Of a stretch of 64,000 nt of DNA, positions 1 through 14,400 are shown piece by piece. The position numbers and the translations under genes are program-made. The DNA is taken from positions 39,184,001 through 39,248,000 of the forward strand of contig NW_026889750.1 of assembly GCF_033153115.1 (NCBI RefSeq). Reading direction: 5' to 3'. The notes below the pieces were generated by a model that saw only the letters and a list, made by a program, of their open reading frames with translations, had not been told where the DNA came from and ran no database searches. Origin of the DNA: Saccostrea echinata. Lineage: Eukaryota. Position 1 is the stretch's first letter; every line of letters begins with the position of its first letter.

Positions 1-199
1 CTTTTTATTATTTTTAAGTATGTCTGTACTTTACTCACATTCTTGCAGGTTTGGACAAATGTGAAAAGCATATTGATACTATTATCATTATTTTAAGTTG
101 AACCATTGCATGCATGAATATCAGGTTACTCCATTCAGATACAAGCATATCATATTTCTGACCGGTTCCATTTAAGCTGTCTGATTTAATTAAAACAAA

Positions 200-480
200 A
201 GATATCAGTAAAATGTACTCACCTTTTTAACTAGTAAAACCTCTCGAATTATCTCAACAAACACTTGACGGATCGACCTGCACACACCCTGCTCCTTACC
301 GGGCTGATGGGAAGACACTACGAAAGTGAAACCTTCTCAACTCCACTCTTATCACGCATACCTTCCTCTCCTGACGTCACGGCGCTTGTTCCAAAGATGG
401 GCCGATTCGTGAGGTATCGGTTGACCGAGAACAGCTTCCGTATCTCCATCGCTACGCACCTAGCAACCGCCGTTACGATG
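200..480 (-). promoter_or_regulatory. Probable promoter/first exon of a minus-strand gene leaving the window to the left
   Basis: CpG-richer patch with TGACGTCA (372-379), AAGATGG and an RFX-like CCTAGCAAC (459-467). Minus-strand donors AAG|GTGAGT near 222 and AAT|GTGAGT near 37. Confidence 0.35.
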
Positions 481-1818
481 GAAATATCATATGCTGATTC
501 TACACTTGTGCATGATTATAGAGCACTATGCTAGGACGTTTTATGTTGTTTGTGAATGAATGAATTTGTTTTTCTTATGTTTATTTGTAATGCAACGTCT
601 AGACGTTATTTGCAATAAATACTTTATGATTTTTTTGTTTACCGAATAATTGGTAATAAAATTTCCCAAATAGATTTTGTAAAATATTTAAAAATGGGGG
701 GAAAATGAATTTCTAACAGAGGACCAATTAATGCCATTTCTAAATATATTCTTTAATTATTGGGGGAGGGGAGGAGGGTCCCAAACTTGACAAACTCATT
801 AAATAAATGTATGATTAGACTAGACATACAATCAAGTTAAAACAAAATTATATTTCACTTAGTAATTATTTATAACAAATTCAGAGTATTTAGAACTAAT
901 ACGTAACTGTTTTATTATAATTACATCTGAAATTTGGGCTTGATTTTTTCTTTCTTTCTTTCTTTTTTGTTTATTTATTTTTTTTAATAAGAAAGTCTGT
1001 TAACTTTAAAATTCACACAACATGTGCTTTGCATTGTGCAATAAATTAGAATTGTTAATAATAATTAGAAATCGCTGTGTCAGAGATAGGGGAATATGAA
1101 ATACATGTGGTTTACAATCCCCCGCAAGGCGCACAAGTTCGCGGAATCGACGCGTGAAGATTTGTGACACTATCCATATACAGCTACGTGCATTACGCGT
1201 GCCTGATAATTAGGACCACTAGAAAGAAATAATGAATTAAAGATGAGGAACTGTTAGATTACAGACTGCTACATTTTCCACTATCATACTCAGGGCTGTC
1301 CATTGTGACCAGAAGGTCACTCGGCAGGAACATCGGCAGGGGGTGGTTGCAGTTCCGTACGTGTTAATTCAACATGAAAGTTGACCTCTTTGTGATTTGC
1401 TGGAGCAAAGAGCGGGGCGACATACACATATATTTATAATTGATACACGGCATCTGATGTCGGGATAAGTGAAGACATTTTTTCTTTGATTTGTACTTTG
1501 TCTTAAAGTTTTATTATAGAAAACACATAAAATCTGAAATGTGATTAAAAATTGTTTCCCTTTCATGTTGTTAAATTTTAATTTTCAAGTGTCAGTTTAT
1601 ATGAATACTAATTTTATGAATGACTGAAAACTGACTGTCTAAGACAACATATGATCCTGGGGCCTCGCCCCCCCCCCCCCCGCCTCTCTCTCCCTTTACA
1701 GTATAAAAAAATAAAGCTATGATATAATAATAAATGCAATGTTGTGTTTTGCATGTATGCATGTATTTGACCAGTGCATGACCCTTAAAATATTTTTAAT
1801 TTAACGCATGTATGTATT

Positions 1819-2273
1819 AACAAGCATTCTGAAAGTATTGCATTAGCAATACTAGTCCCCTACCGGCAAGTGTAATCTGGTTCCCATTAAGAATTGAAAA
1901 TGTCATAATTCCGTAAAAAATGAATGAAGTGGAACGAAATGCAAACTTGATCTATTACTAATCAAGGTAAAGTAACACACCAAAAATCAGCTCAATATCT
2001 TAAAGCGTTTAGAAGAAAATCGCGGAAAACCCTTAAAAATTGAAAAGGCCATAATTCCGTCAAAAATCAATGAAGCGGAACGAAATGTAAACTTCAAGAT
2101 ACACTCACATACCAAAAATCAGCTCAATATCTGCAAGCGTTTAGGAAAAAAGTGCGGAAAACCAAGTGGGGCAGACTGACAGACAGACATGGGGACAGAC
2201 AGACAGACAGACGGACGGACAGACTCAGAGGAAACCTATAGTCCCCTCCGGTTTCACCGGTAGGGGACTAATA
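1819..2273 (+). mobile_element. Pearl/CvA-type non-autonomous Helentron-associated element (HINE)
   Basis: Subterminal IR TAGTCCCCTACCGG ... CCGGTAGGGGACTA, two ~146-bp core repeats, a GACA/GACG microsatellite and a 3' hairpin. A close copy lies at 15457-15940. Confidence 0.8.
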
Positions 2274-3051
2274 AAAATGTTTGCAAAGAGAGAAGAGGGA
2301 GAGAGAGTACAGTTCTAAAATAAATAATTAAAATATGAATTAACCATTTTATTAGACAATAAGTTTGAAATGCTTGGAGTTGGAAATTGTGTGAACACTG
2401 ATGTACAATAAGTGTTCAAAGAAAAGGATTTGTTAAATGTCGCTTTCTAGTTTAAACGCAACGCAGTTTAAAACTTTATTGTCCATAATTTCCTCTATAC
2501 ATTAAGAGTTCCAATAATTGAAGGACCTTTATATATGCGATTTTATGATGCCTGGTAATGCTGTACACCTTCTCTGAATCAAATTTTGAGGATATACCAG
2601 CAGAAACTATATTTCTGTTAATTTTTCTTTAAAAGACACAGGGATTTTCATCATTCCATATCTTTTGCCAAAGAAAATCTTATCATTTTATAATCTTAAA
2701 TCAAGAATATCTTGGAAAATTATCAGCGGGAAAGGTACATTGTAATGTTCATGTACGTCGTGTATGACCTTAACTAAAGGGATGAAACAAGTTGACATTG
2801 ACCCGACTTGAACTGTTGAAAGCATGGAACAAGATTTACGTCCCTTGCGTCAAGAGATTATACTTGGTTTACCTTGATTTTTTTTTCTACAATACCATGT
2901 AAATATTATGCATTGCTAAAGTTAATCAATCAAAAAAGACATCCCACTGCAATAAAAATGATGCTTTACTCCGTGTTTACACCCCCCCCCCCCCGTATTT
3001 CATTAGATCCACCCTGCTGACTTGAAACTTGTGAATTAATACTGTTATTTG

Positions 3052-3419
3052 TAGGGCTGGGTTTGTCTGGAGAATTCGTATTGCGATATATTGCGATATT
3101 TCTTACTGTATTGCGACATGTATTGCAATATTTCCAACATAAATTGAAATGGTATTTTCTCATTTTCATGCAGAATGTACAGAACTATGATAAATGGCCA
3201 AGAAAAAATATTTTGTTGATTAATTTACAGTTATGTATCAAAATACACCCACTGCAACAGCTTTTGCCTTACTGTTTGGCACGATCGCAAACGATTCTGA
3301 CAACATATACTTTATTTTTTATTATAGAAATCCGAGTCCAAGCATTTTCCCGGTATATCGGTACTACAAAAACGTATTGTAGCAATATACCGGAATATCG
3401 GTATTATTGCCCAGCCTTG
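3052..3419. mobile_element. hAT-type MITE
   Basis: Termini TAGGGCTGGG / CCCAGCCTTG with an 8-bp TSD GTTATTTG (3044-3051 and 3420-3427) and internal ATTGCGATA subterminal repeats. Confidence 0.75.
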
Positions 3420-4117
3420 GTTATTTGCGACTCTGATCCAAAGAACTATTTCTATTAATTTGTTAATGTTGTCAACATTAAAACAATGTTCAGTAGACAA
3501 AAATAGAGCTGAAAAAAATGCAGAAGCAGAGAGATGATCAGGTGTAAGGACAAGGACACTTACGGTACCTACCAAGTAGTAGAGTTTAACAAGAGTCTCA
3601 GGGTCTCAACAACTCAATGGAGAGGGGGGGAATAATGTTTTCCAGTCCACCATCTTATTATAATAATCATTTTGCTATATCTTTTATCCATTTATCCACT
3701 CATTAATAGCAATCTATTTGGGTTTTTTTTCTTATATTCCTAACATCTTATGTAGATCAAACTATCCATAGATAAAGGGGGGGGCAGTTCATTGACAAGT
3801 TTATTTCCAACTGAAATGTAAAATGTGAGAGTAATGCAGGACAAGTTTACATTTAACTACACTAAATTCCACATGTATTTTGCTTATAAGGTGCATGGAA
3901 GGCTACAGCATTCAAAACACCATAACATGGATGGGGAGGTCAAATTGACAAAATAAGCGAAAAACAAATTTCACGCTCACATTAAACAGTTTGACAGCAG
4001 TAGCTGTTACAATGGCTCTTCCATTAATTCAAACTTACTCCAAGGATAATACAGGGATTTTGAGATATAAATCACATTTGCAGACAAGGAAGGGGGCTAA
4101 GAAAATGCAAATATATG

Positions 4118-4262
4118 CATTGAATTATTATTTTTTAAAAGATGTAGTCTCATAACTGCAACGGTGTTGTGTGTAAACAAATTTTCATAATGCGCTAATA
4201 CTTTTTGCACACACACTGTGCAGTTAATAGACTCAAAAAAAATAATAATAATTCAATGCTTA
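4118..4262. repeat. Imperfect ~145-bp palindrome (hairpin-type element remnant)
   Basis: GCATTGAATTATTATTTTTT ... AAAAAATAATAATAATTCAATGC, with inner complementary AACTGCA/TGCAGTT arms. Confidence 0.55.
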
Positions 4263-4660
4263 AGAATAAATAACACAAACAAACTTTTTTTCAGGAATCA
4301 GCAATATTTCTCATAAATATATATTCAAACAGGTAACCTGAATAAGGTTTGCAGTGTAAAGTGGGAGAATTTTGTAAGATTTTGTCACAATGTTAAAACT
4401 AAGTGCAAAATTATATAGAAACCAAATCAAAGTCTCATATTTTAGCACCAAAGAAAACTCAAGATTTCTTTTTATTTTAGGTATTTATCATTTATGTCAT
4501 TTCCATTCAAAATCAGTCAAAAAATACATATCAATCCAGGCATCAAATTTTTGTTTGTGTTAAGTATCCTTACGTATATCATATTTAATACCCATTCATA
4601 CCATCACAGCAAATCTCATGTGTAAATAATGACATATTTTATTTGAAGATTATAAATATA

Positions 4661-7600
4661 TCAGACTTTACTTTCACTATTTTCAACAGATTCACTTTCA
4701 CTACTTTCTGGGCTATTCTGAACCTCTAACTGTTTCATTCTCTCTGCTAATTGTAGAACCCTTTCTGTAGCAGTCATTTGTTTCACAGAAACTCTGCCAT
4801 AGTTTGGATCTGGAAAGGTCTTTAAATTTACAGCTGGATCTTTGAATAAAAATGGATGCCACACCCCCTGTATGCTGGGGTTGTGAGTATGAAATGGTTT
4901 AGTTCTCTTCACTATATCCACTCCTGACCGAGTTCTGGCTACCTCCACCCACTTACAGATCTCCTCCATGTTCATGTTTCTCACATCAGTCTTATGAGAA
5001 TTGCCATTCACTGAAATAATTAAACTATAGTTTAAGCAAATTTCATTTTGAAAAAAATATTTAAAAAGGAAATAACATAGAAAATCAATATCATTTGGAG
5101 ACTTACAGTAATCTGCTCGTATGTTAGCACCTCGATGGCGGGTTGGTTTTACGTACACCACAATGTTGGGATATTTCCTGGCAAAATCCACAAGATAATT
5201 CTCTACAAAATCCCTACAAGAAATAAATAAAAAATTGACACAGGTTAGATTAAAACTGAATAATATTTTTAACATGAAAAAACAAAATATGTGACAGATC
5301 AAACCAAAACAAAGCCCTCATTTGAACTCTAGACTAGATAGAATCAATGTACATTGTAAAATGATTTTGTCTAATGGACTCAGTTTAATGGTGGAATTTA
5401 CTGACTTTCAAGCTTTCTTGTCTTTGGAAGTCAAACACTAGACCATCAAATCCCCCCTAAAACAACCCTACCCATGCTCCTCACTGGCAAGATTTTTCTT
5501 GCTTGCTGGGATATCAAATCTACTCAGAGCCTGATTCAAAACTAAGTCAACTCAAACCCAACACATCAACTCATAAGACCTTGGTTATGAGTTCACTCTT
5601 GCTTTTTGATGGGTGAAGTCAAGTTGTACCTTAGGCAAAGGCAAAATTTGAATTGTAACCTGCCCTGTGTCCAGCTACCATATATACTTGGCTATAAGTC
5701 GTTTTTTTTGAGAGTTAAATTTTGGTCCAAAACTCTATGTCTGCTTATAGGCGAGTCATAAAAAGATTAGTATTTTTTCTTGACGGCGAAATGTAGTATT
5801 TTATACACATTTCCCACGATTATCGTTGACAAAGTCTAGATATATTATATCATTTATGTATTCTAAAATTACACATGAAGTACAAGTATTTACATATTTT
5901 AATAATTCTATTTTTATCTTAAGTGTACATAAGTCATTATATATTTTTCTTAAGGATTTAAAATTAAATATTTTTAAAAATATTAATCTAAACCAGGTTA
6001 AACATCAGAGCATTGATTTGAAATTGTCAACTGATCTGGCAAAAAGTTGTACCGACTTATAAGCAGGTCAATGGCAAATCCCTCCAAAATAACCAAAAAA
6101 AATACTACCGACTTATAGGCGAGTAAATACGGTAAAAGTTGACTATAGGATTTTAAAATGTCTTATATTTTTATGTACTAACCCAAGATTTTCAAACAAA
6201 ATAAATGTTGGGGAAAAAAATCTATGTTTTTGATGTAATTGTGAGTTAAAATACAGTCAAACCTTATTATCTTGAACTCAATGGGACCGAGAAAAATTTT
6301 TCGAAAATAGATATCGGAGGATTTGAAATATCCAGGATAAAAATGCTTAAAGAGTAAGAAGTTGGAATTTCAAAATCACTTCTACATATCCATGGTATTC
6401 GAGATATCCATGTTTCAGATTCCGAAGTTCAACTGTATATAAAATATGTACTTATAGTATTTTTGCATGAAACACAGGACAGGCAAGTAAGGGGGAGGGG
6501 GGCTTATTTTCCCAAGAATTTTTTTCAGTGTCAATAAAGTTTGCAAATTTTTATCTAAGGTCCCCCAACTCCACTGTTTCAGAGTGTAACACCCCATTCT
6601 GAAATAGGTTTTTGCGAGTTCAGAGTTTCAGGCTTTTTTTTTTTTTTTGGTATAGTCCCCACTTTGAAAATTGAAGTTTTTTCCTTTAGGAACGAAGGAA
6701 AATGAGCATAATTCTGCTTCCTTCAAGGTTTTCAGTCATTAATAACAAGTTATATTGTTTCAGGTTTTAATTTAACATCTTCATTAATACAAACAAATAA
6801 ATATTCTTGAATATCAATGTGCAAATTAAAATTGAAATATAATTTAGTTACAAATTATCAATGTTATATGGAGGAGTCAACTAGTATCAGAGTCTTGGTT
6901 ATGAGTTGATTTTTGCCTTTTCTTTATGAGTTGACATATAGGGTTCGAGTTGACTTGCTTCCAAGTTGGTCAGGTTATGTGTTGACCAGAAACCTGGGAA
7001 AGGAATGGCATGAAATGCAAGAGAGAAGTCAGAAGGGGACAAATTATGACAGACCAAAACTTGGCTAGTTTGGGGCCCAGAAATGTGCATTGGTGCTTTA
7101 ATATTTTTGAGTTATTTCGCTGCAAATACTATGACTTACTGCAGGTTGCACTGGTTTTAAACACGTTTAATTCTTTCAATTAAACTGGCGTACTGGTTGG
7201 CGGCACGTCAATTTACCCAAATGGACCCAAATTGAACACAAATGGACCCAAATGGACACAAATGGACCCAAATGGAACCCAAATGAACCAAATGGAAATC
7301 AAAATGGACCCAAATGGAAATCAAATGGACCCAAATGGAAATCGAATGCAATATTAAATATATATATTATCGTATTATCAAGTTGTTACAATACTTATTT
7401 AAAATGATGAAAATAATGAACTTACAAATGGAGAATATTAATAAATTATTCATTTCTAATATTGTATTTTAAATACGAATGAATTTTCTTTAGTATTATA
7501 TATATATATTTGCAAAATTATGGGGGGGGGGGGGGCACAGGCCCCGTGCTACCCCCCCCCCCCACCCCCCGGTTCCTACGGTCATGGAAACTTTATAAAT

Positions 7601-8097
7601 TTTAAAATGAAATACTTCAATTTTATATTCAATGATATGGAATAGTTATTACAAATAGAAAAAAAATTAATTCCATATTTTAAAATACAATATTAGAAAT
7701 GAATAATTTTATATTCTCCATTTGCAAGTTCATTATTTTCAACATTTTAAATAAGTAACAACTTGAGAATACGATAATATATGTTTATATGTTTAATATT
7801 CCATTTGGGTCCATTTGATTTCCATTTGGGTCCATTTGGGTTTCCATTTGGGTCCATTTGGTTCCATTTGGGTTCCATTTGGGTCCATTTGGGTAAATCG
7901 ACGCACCCCTGGTTGGTTGTAAATTTAACAGAGAAAATTCAAGTTAATAGCGTGTTTATATATTACCTCATGCCTCTACAGTCCGACCTGTGTTTACAGA
8001 ATCTGAAGGTTATTCTCATAAGCTGACAAACATATCGACCCACTCCATTCTGTCCAATATTAATTAGTCTTGTCGGTGGTAGAGAATTGTACGACAT
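4661..8097 (-). CDS. MRPL43: 39S mitochondrial ribosomal protein L43 (mL43), 3 exons, 195 aa
   Basis: Exons 8097-7967, 5213-5107 and 5010-4661 join in frame (588 nt) with GT-AG introns. Translation [67 protein letters not shown]...ADYLNGNSH...RSG...[14 protein letters not shown] matches the mL43 motifs NGxGRYVxQL, IxAxYLNG and PSIQGxW. Confidence 0.95.
5676..6134. mobile_element. Tc1/pogo-type MITE
   Basis: Imperfect TIRs TACCATATATACTTGGCTATAAGTCG / CGACTTATAGGCGAGTAAATACGGTA with TA ends. Confidence 0.6.
6252..6437. mobile_element. ~185-bp Tc1/Tigger-like MITE (multicopy family)
   Basis: TACAGTCAAACC...GTTCAACTGTA with TA flanks. Related copies at 11226-11404, 19988-20165, 30398-30577 and a short one near 34900-34964. 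Confidence 0.7.
7201..7908. mobile_element. Foldback-type MITE with long arms in MRPL43 intron 1
   Basis: Inverted arms of ~250-290 bp carrying tandem CAAATGGACC/GGTCCATTTG units, flanked by the direct repeat CTGGTTGG (7193-7200 and 7909-7916). Confidence 0.75.
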
Positions 8098-8423
8098 TTT
8101 TCGTCCGAACTTTCATCCGGATTTCAAATATCCCAACATATGCAGTTCAAAATTTATAGTACTTCTTATTACTACGCATCAGCTGGAACGATATATGTAT
8201 AAAGAAAAAAATTAAAAAATGTTCTTTAAGGTTCTTAATTCCACGTCTTTATTGTCAACGTAAGGCCATTTTTAATAAGAAAGTTTAGATAACTACATTA
8301 AAGGGTAATTATATTGCGGAATGATTTCTTATTTTAAGAAGTTGCAAGGCACTTCCGGTTTATATATTACACGTTTGACAAGTGAGAGAAGAATGATTTC
8401 TTGCATAATTAAAATGTTTGACG
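8098..8423. promoter_or_regulatory. Bidirectional promoter/5'UTR region of MRPL43 and CCDC125
   Basis: Divergent ATGs are 326 bp apart. An ETS-like CACTTCCGG lies near 8350. Confidence 0.6.
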
Positions 8424-11400
8424 ATGTCAACTTGCAAAGATGAAGACGAAAATAGTTTAGAAACCGGCGATCTTGGTCTTGGATTTGGGTTAAAACCAGG
8501 ATCTCTTCCCATCTTAGATGCATTGCGTACAAATAAAATTGATAGTAGAAAGCACCAAAAGGAAACTATAGATTTTTCAGCAATAGCAGCTAAACCATTG
8601 GTCCCAACAAACCAGAGTCAATATTCAAGAATTGAAAAACTGCGTGGTAAAAACAGAATTTCAAAAGTCGACATTGGTGGAAAAAGAAGTTCCTGTCCAA
8701 ATACTAGTAAAATGAATTTTGGAAAGAATCAGGAGGAAGATTGTACAACAGAAGTAAAAGGTCTATAATTATTACAGATTATTGTTGTTCACTTGAGTAT
8801 TCAAACCAATTAATATTAATCAATTAACGTAATATTTCTCGTTGGATGACATGGGATCATTAACTTCAGCATCCTGATTCACATTTTAAAAAATATGCTT
8901 TACTGTGTGACCATTTGGTTTACACGGTTTACACTTGTAACTTGATCCGCTTCTTCGAACTTCAAACCACATGAGACACAGTCTAGACTGTGACATCACA
9001 TGATGTTGTATGTTTGTTATATTTCCAGAATGGAGGCTAAATAGTGCAATTTTTTAACCAAAGGCATTGTAGAACAGATACAATTATTTTTTGTTTCTTT
9101 TAACCTCTCTAAAAGAACTAAATCTTCATCATAATTACAGGACTGTTATATTTGCGGAAATTGCTATTATCACATGAAATCATGGCAGCAAAAGAATTCT
9201 GGAAAGGTTTCACACAAAAATTTGCCTGACAAATGTGCAGATTTCATTTCAATTTTTCTATGTTCTTGCACATTAGCCTATATTCAGTGCTTGCTATGAC
9301 ATGTTACAACACTGAATGCTGTTGTTGTTTTACTGAAGTGTCAGAAATACTTCAAATATTTTTTTCTTGTCTGTAGCTCAAATAAATATGTATTCTTGTT
9401 TCCTAAATTGTAATATTTCATTTTAGAAACTCCCACAGTAAATAGAGATGACTTTTTGAAAAAGTTAATGGAAGCTGAGCAGGTAATTTGGTCTGGAGAT
9501 AATATGCTCTACTGACCAAAGACTATAGAAAAGCTTACAATGTATGTGATGGTAAAATGTCTGTTGTTCATCCATCTGTTTGTATGTATAATCAATATTT
9601 CAAAATGCTACTCCTCTTACAGTTTTGGTCCAATTTCAATAAAACTTTGCATATAAGTTGTAGTCCATAATTCTATTTGTCATTTTTGTTTTATTTCAAT
9701 GAATGATACTGTCAAGGATGCTAAAATACAAATTTCTTTGGAATTTCCTCAAAAGCCTTTTCCTCCTACAGGTTTTGCACATTTAAATTCAATAAAACTT
9801 TGTATGTTTTAAGTTCAAGTGCAACCTTTCTCCTCCAATATTATAAGCAAACCAGATGAGCTGCAACTTCAATAGACTTTTGGTTTTTAATTGAAACAAA
9901 ATCACAGACTTTTTTATTTAAGACTTAAGCTACAAAAGAGATACAATTTTAATGGAGGGTTGGAGGTTATTGTACTATTATATACAGGGGATTCAAAAGA
10001 GATTAGAGTTTTGTTTTGTTTTGGGTTTTTTTTCCTGAACATGACATGTACATAATATATTGACACCATATATTTTTTCTGTCTCTCAGGAAGTTGAAGA
10101 GCTTAAAACAGAACTAGAAGTTTATGAAAAGAGACTGGAATCCAAGTACAGAGCTATCGCAATCTTGAGGAAACAGGTTCATTTTGCTTTACTCAAAGTT
10201 ACAATTAAATTGTTCTTTTTTTGTTTTTGTTTTTGTTTTTTTTTTGTTAAGTAGGTAAATTTATCAGATCTGTCATTTATTCTTGTGAGATATATGTATA
10301 GATGTGTTTATTGTCAGTTTATCCTCTCTACTAGATTTATTCAAGTGAAGAGAGTATTGATGCTTGTGAAAAGAAAAGCAGGCAGTATGAAGAGACCCTA
10401 GAAAGAGTGAGTTGTATTTGACTATATGACAGATAATGATGTAAGGTAAAACAGTATCATGAAGAAACAGGAAGATGGCAGACCTGAGATATTTAAATTC
10501 AAAATATTGTCATGGATCCTTAATATTCAACACATCAGTGTTTGAGATATTCAAATATAGATGTACATGTATTTAAAGTCAGATGTTGTGTCTTTATTAC
10601 TTTGTAATAGAGTCATTACCTGCATGCCAATGCTAAAATGAAAATAAAATCTAAAATTCATATATCAATGTAATTTAGGAAGTGAACACACTAAATTTCG
10701 AGTTGGGAAAAAGGGAGACAACTTTTGAAAATAGTCAGCAGATGTGGGCAGTAAGATTTGACAGGTTGGTAAGAAAATTAATGTGTGAATGAATTGATGT
10801 GATTAGTGTGTCCCAGCTAAAGTGACTTTTTCTGTCTTTATGCATGTATGCATCTGATTGTAAACTGTAGGAAAAACTAATAGATTATGTTTAATTGTTT
10901 TTTTTTAGTATTTGTAAAGAGAATGTCTCTTTAACAGCTGAACTTGATCACAAATCTTTAGAATTGAGGGAAATAAAGGCTCAAAAAATGGGTAAGAAAT
11001 TATGTTTCACAAAGTTACTGTATACAGGGTTATTATTGCACTATCACACTTGCAAACAATTTCTCCCCTTTTCAATTCACCTAGACTTAACTTAAGTGAA
11101 AAAAGAGATAATAAGGCACTGTTGAATTTGTCCCACTTTCAGTTAGCCCACTGACAAGGAGGGTAAAGGGATGAAAATAAAACATGGGTGAACTTTTCTT
11201 TGTATACTGTATGAGTTCATACTTGTACAGTCAAACCTCGTAATCTTGAACTCAATTGGACCGAGAAAAAAACAGAGAGAAATCCAAGGGTTCAAGATAT
11301 TCAGGGTAAAATACTTAAAGAATAAGGGGTTGGGACTTCCTAATCACTTTGACATATCCATGGTATTCAAGATGTCAGTGTTTGAGATACTGAAGTTCAC

Positions 11401-14400
11401 CTGTTTATATTTACATTTCCAATAAATTTCCCCTATGATTCTTTACAAAATAGAGTACAGTTCATTTTCTCATGAACTACCATGAATGGGCATGAATATC
11501 TCCATTGTTACGTCATAATACCTTACTTGACGTCAAAACTATAGTGCAAACTGTTTTGCTTTAAAAATGACAAATCATCAGAAAAATAATGTAAATATAA
11601 GAAATGAATTTAATTTTTGAAAATTCATGAGGTACATGAACTGCAACGATTCACGCCGGCATAGTTATCATGAAGCGCTAAAGCGCTTCATGAAGTATGC
11701 CGACGTGAAGCGTCGTATTTCATGTCCTCATGAATCTTCAAAAATTAAATTCATTTCTTAAATAAAATGCTTCATTCTGAATCTTTTTCCTTTCTGTTTG
11801 AAGCATTGAGCAGAGAGCGTGATGAGTTGTTGGCCTTATTAGACGTGAAGGAGAGAGGACGTTATATGAGGTCACGCAGCATGTCAGATGATGAGGCTTA
11901 CAGCGAGTATAGCTCTACTGAGGTCTGTAAATGACCTTTATCCTGTGTTTGATAACTTATAGATGTAATATATCAATTTTATTGAATGTTTGATAACTTA
12001 TAGATGTAATATATCAATTTTATTGAATGTTTGATAATTTATAGATGTAATATATCAATTTTATGGAGACGAATCTTAACAAATTTTAGATTTTGTAAAT
12101 CCATGCATAGTAACCAAGGAAGTGGATGGTTCATCTTTTTGAGAATTTTCATTTTCAATTCTAACATTTAAAGATGAATCATTTTCTTCAGCTGGCAGTT
12201 CTAGGAGCTTGTAAATGTAGAGTTACCTCCCCTGAGCCCTGCGGTTGTGCACACGCTGCTGCAGCCTTGAGAAGAGAACTGTGTAAACTAAAGGAACAGG
12301 TAAACATTGAATACAGACACTATCAAACTGTATAACAGCAAACATTGAATACAGACACTATCAAACTGTATAACAACAAACATTGAATACAGACACTGTC
12401 AAACTGTATAACAACAAACATTGAATACAGACTGTGTCAAAGTATATAACAACAAACATTGAATACAGACTCTGTCAAACTGTATAACAACAAACATTGA
12501 ATACAGACTCTGTCAAACTGTATAACAAACACTGAATACAGACACTGTCAAACTGTATAATAACAAACATTGAATACAGACACTGTCAAACTGTATAACA
12601 GCAAACATTGAATACAGACACTGTCAAACTGTATAACAACAAACATTGAATACAGACACTATCAAACTGTATAACAACAAACATTGAATACAGACACTAT
12701 CAAACTGTATAACAACAAACATTGAATACAGACACTGTCAAACTGTATAACAACAAACATTGAATACAGACTCTGTCAAACTGTATAACAACAAACATTG
12801 AATACAGACTCTGTCAAACTGTATAACAACAAACATTGAATACAGACTCTGTCAAACTGTATAACAAACACTGAATACAGACACTGTCAAACTGTATAAT
12901 AACAAACATTGAATACAGACACTGTCAAACTGTATAATACAGACACTGTCAAACTGTATAACAACAAACATTGAATACAGACACTGTCAAACTGTATAAT
13001 ACAGACACTGTCAAACTGTATAACAACAAACATTGAATACAGACTCTGTCAAACTGTATAACAACAAACATTAATTTAAACATATTTTATTGAGTAATTC
13101 AATAAGGATTGGGCAACAGGCAAGGCCTATGCACACCCTCTCCTTGTATAATAGGTCAAGACATAGACATTGAATAATAATACTTGAACATGGTAATAAA
13201 CTTGCTAATAATACAAAATAAAGATTCATAATCAAGTATTATTCATCAGTATCATAAAAAAAGAATGATAACCCCCTAATTGTATACAAATTATTTACAT
13301 ACTGTTCCAGCTTTCATATGAATATTGTAAAAATAATATATATATATATACATTCAACAGAGTATTTAATATTATAGTGTACTCAACTAAGTCTCTTAGT
13401 AGATTTTATAAATTCATGTACATATGAAAATATTTTACAATTTGTTTGATAGGAATATTGACTTTTGCCTCTTAACAGAGTGTCGAGTTCAAAGACAACA
13501 TCAATATCATTTAATTTTTTTACCAGTAAATTTCTTTGAACAATATATGATGGACATTTGATAAAGTAATGTTCAGTATCCTCTGTATAAAATCCACATT
13601 TTTGACATGATGGTACGTCTGATAAAAAATGATTTTTTAAATGTGCATTGAGATTGCTAGCATTGTTTCGCAACTGACAATGTAAGATATTCTCTTTTCT
13701 ATTACCAAAGTTAAAGTACCTACATGGTTTATTAGTTACTCCCCAACTTTTAAGCTTTGCTTTAAAGATAGATAATGATGAAGAGTTTTTGATATCCTCA
13801 CTAAGACTATTCCAAAGTTTTATAGTTGAGGGAATAAAACTATTATAGTAAGACATTGTTTTACAAACTGGTATACACAAGTTATTACATCCAGACCTTA
13901 GGTTGTATGCATGTGGAACTGGAAAAAAAGGTTGAATCAATTCATACAAATAATCAGGTGCAGAACCATTAATCATTTTATACATCAATATAAGTTTGTG
14001 TTTTTCTCTTCTAAGATATAATGGTTCCCATCCTAGTTCATCATACAAGCAAGTTCTGGAAGAATTAACTCTTAGTCCAGTAATAATTCTGGCAGCTTCT
14101 ATCTGAACTTTTTCAAGCAATTCTGCATTACTTTGGGTACAATTATCCCACACAATATCTGCATATTCTAAAATTGGTCTTATGAAAGCAAAATAAATTT
14201 TTATTAGTGAATTTCTATCTATACTATGTTTCAATAACCTAAGTATATTCAATCTTTTACATGCCTTTTCATATATATTAGACATATGATTATTCCAAGA
14301 ACCATCTGCCTGAAATTGTATCCCTATGACAACAAACATTGAATACAGACACTGTCAAACTGTATAATACAGACACTGTCAAACTGTATAACAACAAACA

